Shown here: in pieces, positions 37,990 through 47,934 of the stretch
How positions within the stretch are numbered: the stretch's first letter is position 1
How the letters are laid out: each line of letters begins with the position of its first letter
NCBI GenBank assembly: GCA_045655005.1
Contig: JAZOOJ010000019.1
Coordinates: 102,335-166,334 of the forward strand
From: Clostridia bacterium
GTDB taxonomy: Bacteria; Bacillota; Clostridia; Christensenellales; UBA1242
Direction of reading: 5' to 3'
Length of the DNA: 64,000 nt
Translations under genes and position numbers: made by a program
The notes under the pieces: model-generated
Told to the model about the DNA's origin: nothing
What the model saw: the letters and a program-made list of their open reading frames with translations, nothing else
Database searches by the model: none

Positions 37990-38328
37990 GTGAAAATGAA
38001 GAGTTTGTTTTGTAATTTATTTAATCCGAATTTTTTAATAATGGCGTCGCAGGCGGTTGATAAAGATTATAACTCGTCGGTAAGTCCATTGTATGAGTTT
38101 ATCGATGTTTGGGGACCATTTTTAATTGGAATGATAACAGGTCTTTGTGTTATCTATTCAGTAGTTTTGATGGTTCAATATGTAAAAGCGGAAGATGCGA
38201 GTGCAAGAGATGCTCAAAAGAAGAAAGTTGTCAACGCAATCATAAGTATGGTCGTTGTAATTGTGCTTTTAGTCTTGCTTTATGGGCTTCGTGATACTTT
38301 TGTTGAACTCATGAACGACACAAATTGA
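37990..38328 (+). CDS. Small two-TM hairpin protein, VirB2/TrbC-like candidate (paralog 1)
   Basis: 112 aa. TM1 - charged loop (YVKAEDASARDAQKKKVVNAI) - TM2. The loop is alignable with that of the next gene. Start GTG 37990 or ATG 37996. Confidence 0.45.
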   Translation: MKMKSLFCNLFNPNFLIMASQAVDKDYNSSVSPLYEFIDVWGPFLIGMITGLCVIYSVVLMVQYVKAEDASARDAQKKKVVNAIISMVVVIVLLVLLYGLRDTFVELMNDTN

Positions 38329-38419
38329 TAAAATTTTCAAAAAAGTGATAAAATCGTTTGTAAGTTGTAAAATTTTTGTGATAGACTAATATTAGTTTAC
38401 AAAATAAGGAGGAAGAACA

Positions 38420-38776
38420 ATGAGATTTCTAACTAACTTAGTTATGAACGCTAAAAGATTGTTGGCTGACGGATCTTCATTTATGGATTCAAGCGAAGGT
38501 GCTGGTGTTAAGAATTTTACAGACACAATGAAAAACACTTTCACAGATGTTATGAAGATTGTTATGCCTATCGTGTTTGGTGTTGTAACCGCTATGGGTG
38601 TTTTCTTTGCAGTTAAACTTGGTATTGGCTATGCTCAAACCGAAACAACTGAAAAGAGAGAAGAAGCTAAGAAGCGTCTTATTGGTGCTATTGTAGGTTT
38701 CGGTATCGGAATCGTTGCTGCTGCATTAATGTGGTGGTTGTTTACGAGCGGAATTGTAGAAGACCTATTCAAGTAA
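38420..38776 (+). CDS. Small two-TM hairpin protein, VirB2/TrbC-like candidate (paralog 2)
   Basis: Very strong RBS AAGGAGGAAG. 118 aa. TM1 - loop (YAQTETTEKREEAKKRLIGAI) - TM2, the topology of TrbC/VirB2-type subunits. Confidence 0.45.
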   Translation: MRFLTNLVMNAKRLLADGSSFMDSSEGAGVKNFTDTMKNTFTDVMKIVMPIVFGVVTAMGVFFAVKLGIGYAQTETTEKREEAKKRLIGAIVGFGIGIVAAALMWWLFTSGIVEDLFK

Positions 38777-38879
38777 TAGTGATTAAAAACATTCGTGGGG
38801 TGTGTATGCAATTTTAAGCACCCTGCGAGTGTTTTTTGTTTTTTTAAAAATTTAAGTTTTAACAAATTTCAAAAAAAAT

Positions 38880-38909
38880 GCACAAATTTTTCGTTTGTGC
38901 CTTTTTTAT
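38880..38909 (+). terminator. Terminator closing the two-gene mini-protein operon
   Basis: Stem gcacaaa / tttgtgc followed by cTTTTTTaTTT. A weaker hairpin plus T-run lies at about 38795-38845. Confidence 0.6.
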
Positions 38910-39069
38910 TTGGTTAAATTTATTAACTATGCTAAACTTTAGTTAGTTTATATATTTATTTGCTAATTAGAATTTTTAATTATTATGTTTTAATAATAAA
39001 AGCCGAACGAAATTCACAAAATACTAATGATTTTATTCAATACTTACGAGAGAAAGGAAAGGGGAAGAA

Positions 39070-42000
39070 TTGATGTACAGTAGTTTTATGATGAAATTAA
39101 TGAATATTTTACCAATGGTAGCCAATAATGGTGCAGGACGTGCAAATGGTAGTGGCGGAAGTGGAAACTTTGCCGGTGGGTTTGCAAATGTTTTGGCTTG
39201 GCTTGGTAATTTATTGGTTGATATTGTAACAACAGTTTGGGGTTGGATAATCTCACTTTTGTACGGGGTTGTAAAACTTGTACTGAATGTTATGGATATT
39301 CTTCAATTCTTCGTAAATAAACTTGTAGGTATTGATATTTATAACAATCCAGACTGGTCGGACTTAGTAACTTTACAAGAAAGCGATTTGATTGTTAAAC
39401 TTATTACAAGCCCAACAGTGTTAAGGCTTTTTAGAGCGGTTTTAATTCTGGCTGGTGTGTTGCTTATAATCTTTTGCATTATCGCAATTGTAAAATCAAA
39501 CTTCAATTCCGCCATTGGTGCAGAAGAAGAAAAAGAAGGGCATGCTCAAAAGGTTTTGAAAAGAGCAGTTAAATCGATATTCTTCTGCTTCTTAACCCCA
39601 TTTTTATTGATTGTTGGTATTCTTGGTTCAAATGTAATTCTTGCAAGTATATGCAATGCAATCAATGGTGACAATAATTTATCTTTGGGCGGTATAATTT
39701 TTACAACATCAGCCTATGACGCAAACAAATATAGAGTTTATGCGAAGAATAGTCAGCGTGTTCCAATGTATTATAGTAACGCAACAAGAATTATCAATAT
39801 GGGTGATTATCGTGAAGATGCAGATATGAGAAACTTGTTCTACTATATGGCAAAAGGCGAAGTCTATATGGAAGGAATCACCGAGGCAACGATTGCAAAG
39901 CGTGAGGCAGGTGAGTATAACGATTGGTATTCAGACATAATCACGATGGATAAAAATAGTTATATGTATAACCCGGTTCCAGTTAGGGGTATTACAAACG
40001 GAATTGCCGGATCTAGTGACAGCGACAATGTTTCAATTAGTGGTAACAAGTTAGCTTTCTCAATCGGAAATGTCTTTGATGAAGATGCTGTTGGAATGAG
40101 TACTGTTGCAGCTGCATTTGAAAGCGATTTCCAAGAATGGTATTCAGAATATTTCCAAAGCACACCTTTAAACGATTTTGGCGTAAGCAGTGATATAAAT
40201 AAAAAAATCCACGGATTTGGCAACTCTGCTTCAAACTGGAATTGGAATTGGCAAATTGATACAATGTCTATGGACTTCTCATCAACATACTATGTTTCGG
40301 CAGACAATCTTTACTTTAACAGCACAGGTGCTTATGTTGATATACTTGATAATACAGAAGCTTATTCACAGTATGAAACATTTGCAACAACTCCTCTTGA
40401 ATATTATGTTATGGCAGATGTATTAGATTTTGCTATTGAATATAATTTAGAATTGTTTTATGTAAATGCTGATAATGCATACATTCAATGGGAAAACATT
40501 CCAATCACTGATGACGAAGAAGATAATGTTGATGTTTCAACTTATTGCAGAGAATATGTGATATTTAGATATTATGAGGACGGAAATCCAAAATATTATA
40601 CCTATTACGGGACGGTTGATGAAGCTGTAACGGCAGGTGTAATAGACAGGCAGATTGTAAGGGAAAATATTACTTATACATTAAAATCAAATAATCACGA
40701 ATTAGATCTTTTATCTACCGATGCATTCTATGTTAGTTATTATGACGGAACAAACAGACTTTATTGGTCAGAAGATGGCGAAACTCGTGAACGTGACGGC
40801 TCAACTTATATCGTTTGTTACAAGAACTCAGACACGGGATATTTTGTTCCAATTACACAAGAAACAACAAAATTTAAATCAGACTTTTTAACCGAAGAAT
40901 ATGACGGGCCAGTTGTTGCAAGAGGTATTTTTGCAAAAACATCGGTTATACCACAAGCGACTCCTCAACCAACAGCGATTCGTGAGCAATTTGTTGATGA
41001 AAATGGGAATGAGGTTGCAATAGTTGAAAACAATGATGCATTAAGTTTGAAGGTTGTAAATTACACACAAGGCAATCCTATTTCAAATCAAACACTTTCC
41101 AATTTTATAGGTCATATCGATGATGAAGGCAATGGGATTAAAGGGAATTTAAGTGTTGAAGATGGCAATACGACTAATAATGGCATTTTAAATAATTCGC
41201 TTAACTATTTGTATATTGGTGAAGGAATTTTTCCAAATTTATACATAAATAGCAATGTCAAAAATTATAAAATATTTGAAGCAGACTCAGCAAAATATGT
41301 ATCTTTCTATGACAGTAATGGTTATGTAATGCCTTATGGCGGAGAACCGGTCGAGCAAGCAGATGGAAGTATGGCAACAAATGTTGAAACAGCTATGGAG
41401 ATAATTCCTGACGAATCTAACGAAAATGTATTTTTATACTACATTTATGGAAAAGGCGGGGCTTATCAGCCAATTGTAAGTTATAAAAGTCCAAATGCTA
41501 ATGATATTGATGAATTGCTTGAGGATTATAAGAAGTCTATTAATAATGTTGACGATATTATATTACTTGACGAATTGATAATTATTCAATATAAAGCACA
41601 GTTGTTGACATTTAAACCAAAGGGTGGAGAGGATAGCGAAAAACTTTCGATGCTTGTAGGAGCACAAGCGGTTGGTATTTCACAAAATGGTAGTCCGTTT
41701 AAAAAGGATGGAAATTTTGAACTTGCTTATACTTATGGCTCAGGCATTGCACAACAACAAAAAGCCGCAGAGCGTGATCCAGATAACCCAGAGGGCGAGC
41801 CTGGTGAACAATATGTTGTAGTAAATCGTTATGCAAACAATGCTGATGCTGGCGGATATATGATTGACTATGTTGAATCTCATACAAATTTTGATGTGGA
41901 TATGCATGGTTCAAAAATTGTAAATCTTTTCATAAAAAATGGTTCGGTTTATTATGCAAATGGAAGTAATAGATTTTTAAATCTTGATGATAACATCAAA

Positions 42001-45000
42001 AATTATTACAACTATGCATTAGATTTTGAACCAATAAGTACTGAAATGGTTGCAAATATTTTCTATGAGGTTGTTAAAGAGGAAAGTTCAATTGGTGGTC
42101 TTGGTGGTTATTACAAGAGCAAATTTGAAGAACTTGTGTTAAGTGTTGATGGACAAAATCCTCAGGCTAGAGTAGCCGCGGATACATTAACTCCTCAAGG
42201 CTGGTATACTTATTTCACAGGAGCTGGAAGTGGAATTCTTGACGAAGCCAAGTCGGCGGTTTATGCAATGCTTTACGGACAAGAGTTTTTGATTGGTATG
42301 GCATCGTCAATTCAACCTTTACAAGCTAAATTCTTTGGATATGTTCAAGATAAAACTAATTTAGATAATGTTGTACTTTCATTTTACGATAACAACAACA
42401 GAGAAACAGCAAGTGCAGTTCAAGAGAACGTGAAGATTTCTGAAATCAATAGTCCTTACGATGCTGACACAAAATGCGGCGCAAGAAGTGCAATTGTTGA
42501 AATTCCAATTACTGTTGTTTTGAAAAATGATGCTAGTGCCAATGTTGAAGCTGTGTTTGTTAATTCAACATCAGCAAATGGATACAGCGCAGATTTTACG
42601 ACATATACATATACCTTATCATTTACTGTTAATTACATTCAATGTGCAGGTTATGCTTTTGGTGGTGCAATCTCAAACATTCAATTAATTGCACCAGAAC
42701 TAATTGGAAACAATATATTTATTCAAATCAAAAATGGTTCGGTATACTGCCCAAGTTTAAGAAGCTATGTTCTTGGACTTGACGGAATGAAAGAAATTGC
42801 TAATACAGTATTAGCAAATAACGAAGTGTGGAGCCAAGATGTAATTAACTCACAATATCTTTTTGATTTAACAACCATTTCTAATTACAGCAATGTGTAT
42901 ATTTATTTTGAAAGAGGCGAAATTTTATTTGATTTGCCGATTGATGCAACTCTTCATATGAAAGGTGCTAATCTTTTCACCGACATCGTATTTAGATTTG
43001 CAATTGATTTTGTAAGAACTTATAATGTAAATGTTATATATAGGCTTGAAGGCGGAAGTTGTTTATTAAATTACAACTTTAATAAAAACACAGCGATTGA
43101 AATTGGAAACTTATACGAAATGAGATTTATTAATCCAATTATATTGTTGTTCTCAACAGCCATTGTCTTTGGAATGTTGTGGAATATGGTTTGGAACTTG
43201 ATAACAAGAATATATGAAATAGGAATCAGATTTATTATTTTACCAGCAGTGTTGTCTGTTGACGTGCTGTCTGATGGTAAATTTAAAGCATGGAAAGATG
43301 CGGTCGTTGAAAAAGTACTGTCAGCGTATTCGGTACTCATAATGCTGAATTTATACTTTGCGTTGATTCCATCTATTGGTGAAATCACTGAGGGACTTAT
43401 TTCTTGGGATGAACTTCCAACCACATTTACTGGACTATTTAGCGCAATAGGTATAAATAAAGGTGGTGCAATGATTTCAAATATTGGTGCAAATCTTGGT
43501 GGATTTGCTAGTGGTATTATAACAAGTTTGATTGCAGAACTTAAAGAAACTACAATCATTACAGTTACTGGTTGGCTTAATAAGTTAATATTTATGATGT
43601 TTTTCTTAGTATTGACCACACTTGTTAAACAAGGTCCAAAGATTCTTGGTAAGTTTATTGGAACAGATGCAGATATCGCAGACGAAAGTACAAAGAATAA
43701 AGTAGGCGAAATAAAGAAAAAGGCTGCGGAAGTAGGAGAAACTGGCGGAAAAATTATAAAAGGCGGTACAAATCTTGCTACTGGCGTTGGTAAAAAGTTG
43801 TTCAGCGGTGCAAGTAATTTGTTGCTTTCGCGTTATATGAGCATTTTACCAGTTAATATGCAAAATATTGGTGAATATAAATTTTCGGGCGATACGGGTG
43901 ATTTACGAGGAAGTTCTTTTGCAAGTGGTTCGCCAATGACTACAAGGACAACGTCCATTCGTGGAAGCAGATATGGTGCAGGTGGTCGTGCTATTGTACC
44001 GGATACTGGTGTTAGTGGTGGTTCAACAGACGAAGAAACAAGAGAAACAACAACTTCAACCCGTGGTGGAGGTGCTATGGATATGGCACATATGGATTCT
44101 GTTGTTGAAACCGATACTCCAATCGAAAGAGGTGGCGGTGGTTCATCGGTTGTCTATGTTTCAGCGGGTGGCGATGCTGGCGCTGGCGGAAGTTATGACG
44201 AAATTGAAGAACCAATTAAGATTGAAGACAATTTAAGTTCTGTTCAATTGCTTGAAAGGTCTGAAAACTTAATGAATGAAGCTATGGATAAACGCGGTCA
44301 AGCAGATGCGTTGCGTGAAATGGCAAAAGATAAATTTACAAAAACTGATGAAACAGAAATGTATAATTATGAAATAGAGCTTAAGATGACGGAAGAGAAA
44401 CTTGCTAGGGCTCAACAACGTCGTGGAGAAGCTTATGACTTGAAACGTGGTGCACAAGCTAGGGGTGAAAGAACTGACCAAGTTGAAGTTGTTGATGAAA
44501 AGGGCAACAAAAAGATTGTTAACGCTCAACAAGACTGGCAAGATGCAACTGATGAAGTTCATTCTATTCAAGCTGAAATCGAAGCACTTAAGTCTGTTAT
44601 TCACGAATACGAGGCTAAGAAGCAAGCACAAGCTGACTTCTTATCTGAAGCTGAAAGACTTGAAAATGATGCTAAGGTAGACGACCAACACGCTGCTGAA
44701 TACTTTGAAGCCGCACAAGATAAAGAATTACTTGAAGCTGCAATCACTAAAGAAGAATTTGAAAAATACAAGAGTGAAGCAGCTGCTCAATTTGCACAAA
44801 AAGGTGACATTGATCAGTACGGAGCTAAATTTGACGAAAAACTTGCAACAAAAGCCGATGATGAAGTATTGGAAGCTGTTTGGGATTATGTTGATGAGTT
44901 AGAGGGCTCTATTGAACAAGAACTTGGAACAACGCTTCAAAGTGCGTACGAGGCTGTTGATACTAAGGCTGATGCAGACCTTACACAAAAGGCTCTTGAC

Positions 45001-47814
45001 GAAAAAGCTGATGCAGGGGCAGTTGAATCATTTGCACAAGATGCAGGTAAAGCAATAAATGCGGCTAACAGATTTAAGTTCGGAAGACGTGGTAATGGCA
45101 ATGATGGCGACGACGATGATGACCCAAGTGGTGGCGGAGGCTCTGGCAGACGTTCAAATGGCGGTAGTCAAGATGGCTGGGTAACGGCAAGCACCGCTCA
45201 TAACCAACCAAGAACAAACACATCAGCTCAAAATCAAGCAACAAATGTTGACAATAGAAGCTCTCGACAAGAAAAAATGAGTTGGGCTGAATTTGCATCA
45301 AGTGGCGATGTTGATAAAGTATTAACAGAATTTAAATCAGTAATACAAAATGAGGCAACTAGCACAACAGCACTACAATCTGCAAAGCAAAACATAGTAA
45401 GCGAAACTGCACAATTGCAAACATCAATTCAACAAAGACAAGCTAATCTTGCAGAAACAGAGCAGAGTGATGCTAAAGAAGTGAAACATTTAAATGCTGA
45501 AATTACAAACAATGAAGGCGAGTTAAAGCATAGACAAGAAAAATTAGCAGAAACAGAGGCTATGATTGCTGACCTTGAGAGTAGAAAGAAAGAACGTAAG
45601 AAAGACAGCGACCTTGAAGCAAAATATCAAGCATCGTTAAAGAAGCAAGAAGAATTAACACAAAAAATTCAAGCGCAAATGCAAAATATTGAAGCAATGA
45701 AATCAAAAGTGTCTGAAATTCAAACAAGAAGAAGTAGTTCAGAAGAAAGTATTAAGAAAGACTCTCAAACTGTGATCGTAATGCAAAGACTTGCAAATGA
45801 TGTTGACAGAGAGTTACATCGTAGGTCAACCACAGACCCAGACGATACTCCACCTAGTGGTGGTGGAGGTGGCGCTCCGATTAAAGGCGGTTCAAATGGC
45901 GGTGCTGGTGCGACTCATTTAGCAGGTAGAGACAACACAACCCCAACAGAAACAACTGATGGAAAGCCTAAGAATACGTCAAACGACTCAACAGAAAATC
46001 AAAAATCCTCTAAGAAAACAGGTAGTGAAGGAGATGCTGTCGAACACAACGACAGCACCCCACCTACGGGGGTAATTGAACCTGTAATTGTGGCAGAAGA
46101 AAATGGTGCGGGCACGTTGTCAGATGTGGCTGAACCTCAGAAAAAAGAAAAAAGAAAATTTAGCATCTTCGGATTTGGGAAACGTGGAAAACAAGGAAAT
46201 GATAACTCCGCCGCTCCAGGCGATACACACGAAGAAGTTGTAGAAGTCCCTGTAACTCCCGTTGTGGAACAATCAAATGATGGAGTTATGCAACAAGCAG
46301 CAGAAACTCCTGTAAATCCTGCGAACACCAAAGTTAAACAAGGCGATAGGGCGGTAAGTGAAAATAATCCTGAAACAGTTCTCACTGAAGTTTCAACGAG
46401 TGAAAAAGCCGCAGAAATACCTGTTACACCTGTTGTAGAACAATCAAATGATGGTGCTGGACAACAAGCAACAGAAATTCCTGTAACACCTCAGCAAACA
46501 ACAGCGGACAAGCCTGAAACGGCAAAACAAAATAGTGCACAATCAGTCGCAGAAAGCGTGAAAAAAGATGAAGGGTTAACAATCAGTTCGGTTGAAGATG
46601 TAGTTGAACTTGTTTCAAAAAAGGTTAAGCCGGCTGATTTAGGCGGACAACTTGATGGAAAGACAATGGCGGAATTATTTGATATGGAAAATATGGCGTT
46701 GCGTGCATCAAAGAAGGTTGAAGGTGCAGATGTTAGAACGGTACTTGAATATCAAGGAGAAATGCAAGAAGCTGAATATGCAATGTGTCAAAGGCATTTA
46801 AGTGAAAACACAAGTAGTGAACAAATTAGAAAAGACTTGGGGATTGTTGGAGAAGATATGTGGTCGATAACTTACGAAATGGAAAAACATATTGAAACTT
46901 TGCGAATGCGTGCAAATGCGGAAGAACAACGATTGACTCAAGAAATATCTGAACTGCAAGGAAGTATTAAGGACGAGGGTGATAGAATATTACTTGCTGA
47001 AAAACAAGAAGAATTAAAGAAAGTTCAAGCAGCACAACAAATGTCAGACAGATATATTGAGGAATGTAGAAGGGCGTTGGCAGAAGATAGGGGAAGAGAG
47101 TATAATCCTGATGACTATAATCCGGAAGATGAGAGAAATCCAGTTTCTGCTGTAACTCCAGAACAGATTGCAAGTGTAACAGCATATGTTCAAGATGCGA
47201 TGATGGGTTCTAGTGGAGAACTAGATGTTGCGAAGTTAATAAGTTCTTTAGAATCACAAGATAAGACAGAGGTTGTTATAGCTGAAGATCATGAGCATTG
47301 GGAGAAGCGTACAACAAGAAGTTATGAGCATAGAAGTGAGATTGAAAAGAACTTTGCAACATATATCAGAAATCAAACACTTGTAGAAGCCGAAAGGATT
47401 AGGAAAAAATTAGAAGAGTCAACGCCAGGATACTTTAATAGTGGCACAGTAACAGGGATGGAAAGAGCCGCAAAAGAGAGAATTGAAGAGATTGCTCATC
47501 AACGAAGGTCTGGTGATGCTACGGCTGATGCTGCAAAGGTGGCTGAACAGTTTGGAGCGGAAGGTTTAACTGATGAACAATTGCAAGAGTATAAAGCAAA
47601 AATTGATGAGTTTATTGCATCGGTTCCTGCTCGTATTGAATCAAATGTACAATATTGGATTAAACAATCACAAGAAGCAGACAATATTGATGACGCTGAA
47701 CTCTATCGTGATAATGTAGATAGATCGAGACAATATCACACAAATACCTTACAAAATGTTACTGATATGCAAACCGCAATTGCAAGGGAACTTGAAAAAC
47801 GAGGCGTTAAGTAA
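39070..47814 (+). CDS. Giant polytopic membrane protein (2914 aa), VirB6-position paralog 1, with a ~1400-aa hydrophilic coiled/low-complexity tail
   Basis: RBS GGGGAAG, TTG 39070 / ATG 39073. Three N-terminal TMs, ~1150-aa loop, a C-terminal TM bundle (nt ~43130-43625), then an A/E/K/Q-rich tail. Shares conserved blocks with the ORFs at 50891 and 57854. The VirB6 role is inferred from position and topology only. Confidence 0.6.
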   Translation: MMYSSFMMKLMNILPMVANNGAGRANGSGGSGNFAGGFANVLAWLGNLLVDIVTTVWGWIISLLYGVVKLVLNVMDILQFFVNKLVGIDIYNNPDWSDLVTLQESDLIVKLITSPTVLRLFRAVLILAGVLLIIFCIIAIVKSNFNSAIGAEEEKEGHAQKVLKRAVKSIFFCFLTPFLLIVGILGSNVILASICNAINGDNNLSLGGIIFTTSAYDANKYRVYAKNSQRVPMYYSNATRIINMGDYREDADMRNLFYYMAKGEVYMEGITEATIAKREAGEYNDWYSDIITMDKNSYMYNPVPVRGITNGIAGSSDSDNVSISGNKLAFSIGNVFDEDAVGMSTVAAAFESDFQEWYSEYFQSTPLNDFGVSSDINKKIHGFGNSASNWNWNWQIDTMSMDFSSTYYVSADNLYFNSTGAYVDILDNTEAYSQYETFATTPLEYYVMADVLDFAIEYNLELFYVNADNAYIQWENIPITDDEEDNVDVSTYCREYVIFRYYEDGNPKYYTYYGTVDEAVTAGVIDRQIVRENITYTLKSNNHELDLLSTDAFYVSYYDGTNRLYWSEDGETRERDGSTYIVCYKNSDTGYFVPITQETTKFKSDFLTEEYDGPVVARGIFAKTSVIPQATPQPTAIREQFVDENGNEVAIVENNDALSLKVVNYTQGNPISNQTLSNFIGHIDDEGNGIKGNLSVEDGNTTNNGILNNSLNYLYIGEGIFPNLYINSNVKNYKIFEADSAKYVSFYDSNGYVMPYGGEPVEQADGSMATNVETAMEIIPDESNENVFLYYIYGKGGAYQPIVSYKSPNANDIDELLEDYKKSINNVDDIILLDELIIIQYKAQLLTFKPKGGEDSEKLSMLVGAQAVGISQNGSPFKKDGNFELAYTYGSGIAQQQKAAERDPDNPEGEPGEQYVVVNRYANNADAGGYMIDYVESHTNFDVDMHGSKIVNLFIKNGSVYYANGSNRFLNLDDNIKNYYNYALDFEPISTEMVANIFYEVVKEESSIGGLGGYYKSKFEELVLSVDGQNPQARVAADTLTPQGWYTYFTGAGSGILDEAKSAVYAMLYGQEFLIGMASSIQPLQAKFFGYVQDKTNLDNVVLSFYDNNNRETASAVQENVKISEINSPYDADTKCGARSAIVEIPITVVLKNDASANVEAVFVNSTSANGYSADFTTYTYTLSFTVNYIQCAGYAFGGAISNIQLIAPELIGNNIFIQIKNGSVYCPSLRSYVLGLDGMKEIANTVLANNEVWSQDVINSQYLFDLTTISNYSNVYIYFERGEILFDLPIDATLHMKGANLFTDIVFRFAIDFVRTYNVNVIYRLEGGSCLLNYNFNKNTAIEIGNLYEMRFINPIILLFSTAIVFGMLWNMVWNLITRIYEIGIRFIILPAVLSVDVLSDGKFKAWKDAVVEKVLSAYSVLIMLNLYFALIPSIGEITEGLISWDELPTTFTGLFSAIGINKGGAMISNIGANLGGFASGIITSLIAELKETTIITVTGWLNKLIFMMFFLVLTTLVKQGPKILGKFIGTDADIADESTKNKVGEIKKKAAEVGETGGKIIKGGTNLATGVGKKLFSGASNLLLSRYMSILPVNMQNIGEYKFSGDTGDLRGSSFASGSPMTTRTTSIRGSRYGAGGRAIVPDTGVSGGSTDEETRETTTSTRGGGAMDMAHMDSVVETDTPIERGGGGSSVVYVSAGGDAGAGGSYDEIEEPIKIEDNLSSVQLLERSENLMNEAMDKRGQADALREMAKDKFTKTDETEMYNYEIELKMTEEKLARAQQRRGEAYDLKRGAQARGERTDQVEVVDEKGNKKIVNAQQDWQDATDEVHSIQAEIEALKSVIHEYEAKKQAQADFLSEAERLENDAKVDDQHAAEYFEAAQDKELLEAAITKEEFEKYKSEAAAQFAQKGDIDQYGAKFDEKLATKADDEVLEAVWDYVDELEGSIEQELGTTLQSAYEAVDTKADADLTQKALDEKADAGAVESFAQDAGKAINAANRFKFGRRGNGNDGDDDDDPSGGGGSGRRSNGGSQDGWVTASTAHNQPRTNTSAQNQATNVDNRSSRQEKMSWAEFASSGDVDKVLTEFKSVIQNEATSTTALQSAKQNIVSETAQLQTSIQQRQANLAETEQSDAKEVKHLNAEITNNEGELKHRQEKLAETEAMIADLESRKKERKKDSDLEAKYQASLKKQEELTQKIQAQMQNIEAMKSKVSEIQTRRSSSEESIKKDSQTVIVMQRLANDVDRELHRRSTTDPDDTPPSGGGGGAPIKGGSNGGAGATHLAGRDNTTPTETTDGKPKNTSNDSTENQKSSKKTGSEGDAVEHNDSTPPTGVIEPVIVAEENGAGTLSDVAEPQKKEKRKFSIFGFGKRGKQGNDNSAAPGDTHEEVVEVPVTPVVEQSNDGVMQQAAETPVNPANTKVKQGDRAVSENNPETVLTEVSTSEKAAEIPVTPVVEQSNDGAGQQATEIPVTPQQTTADKPETAKQNSAQSVAESVKKDEGLTISSVEDVVELVSKKVKPADLGGQLDGKTMAELFDMENMALRASKKVEGADVRTVLEYQGEMQEAEYAMCQRHLSENTSSEQIRKDLGIVGEDMWSITYEMEKHIETLRMRANAEEQRLTQEISELQGSIKDEGDRILLAEKQEELKKVQAAQQMSDRYIEECRRALAEDRGREYNPDDYNPEDERNPVSAVTPEQIASVTAYVQDAMMGSSGELDVAKLISSLESQDKTEVVIAEDHEHWEKRTTRSYEHRSEIEKNFATYIRNQTLVEAERIRKKLEESTPGYFNSGTVTGMERAAKERIEEIAHQRRSGDATADAAKVAEQFGAEGLTDEQLQEYKAKIDEFIASVPARIESNVQYWIKQSQEADNIDDAELYRDNVDRSRQYHTNTLQNVTDMQTAIARELEKRGVK
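46243..46491 (+). repeat. Internal coding repeat in the tail of the 2914-aa protein
   Basis: EVPVTPVVEQSNDGVMQQAAETPV (from 46243) recurs as EIPVTPVVEQSNDGAGQQATEIPV (from 46414), 171 nt apart, with similar nucleotide sequence. Confidence 0.8.
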
Positions 47815-47846
47815 TTGTAAACAATTCGATTTATAACCTTGAAAGT

Positions 47847-47873
47847 GGGGTGGGAAGGTTAAACTCCCGCCCC
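47847..47873 (+). other. GC-rich stem-loop in the gap between the giant gene and the VirB4 gene
   Basis: ggggtggga / tcccgcccc (9 bp, one G-T pair) with a 9-nt loop and no T-run. An overlapping pairing aacctt (47835-47840) / aaggtt (47855-47860) also exists. Confidence 0.4.
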
Positions 47874-47934
47874 GCTGGAAAAGGTATAAAAATATAAGTG
47901 GCGACTTTAAACGCATTTGAACAAGGAGAAAATT

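Noticed and set aside
37990-38776. Holin interpretation of the two small two-TM proteins
   Set aside because: The window has no endolysin, phage structural or lysis-cassette genes. The context and the duplicated charged loop fit T4SS subunits better, though this is unproven.
43071-43619. 182-aa minus-strand ORF inside the 2914-aa gene
   Set aside because: It lies opposite the hydrophobic TM-bundle coding region, which is codon-biased and stop-poor on the antisense strand. The sense frame carries motifs conserved in two paralogs.
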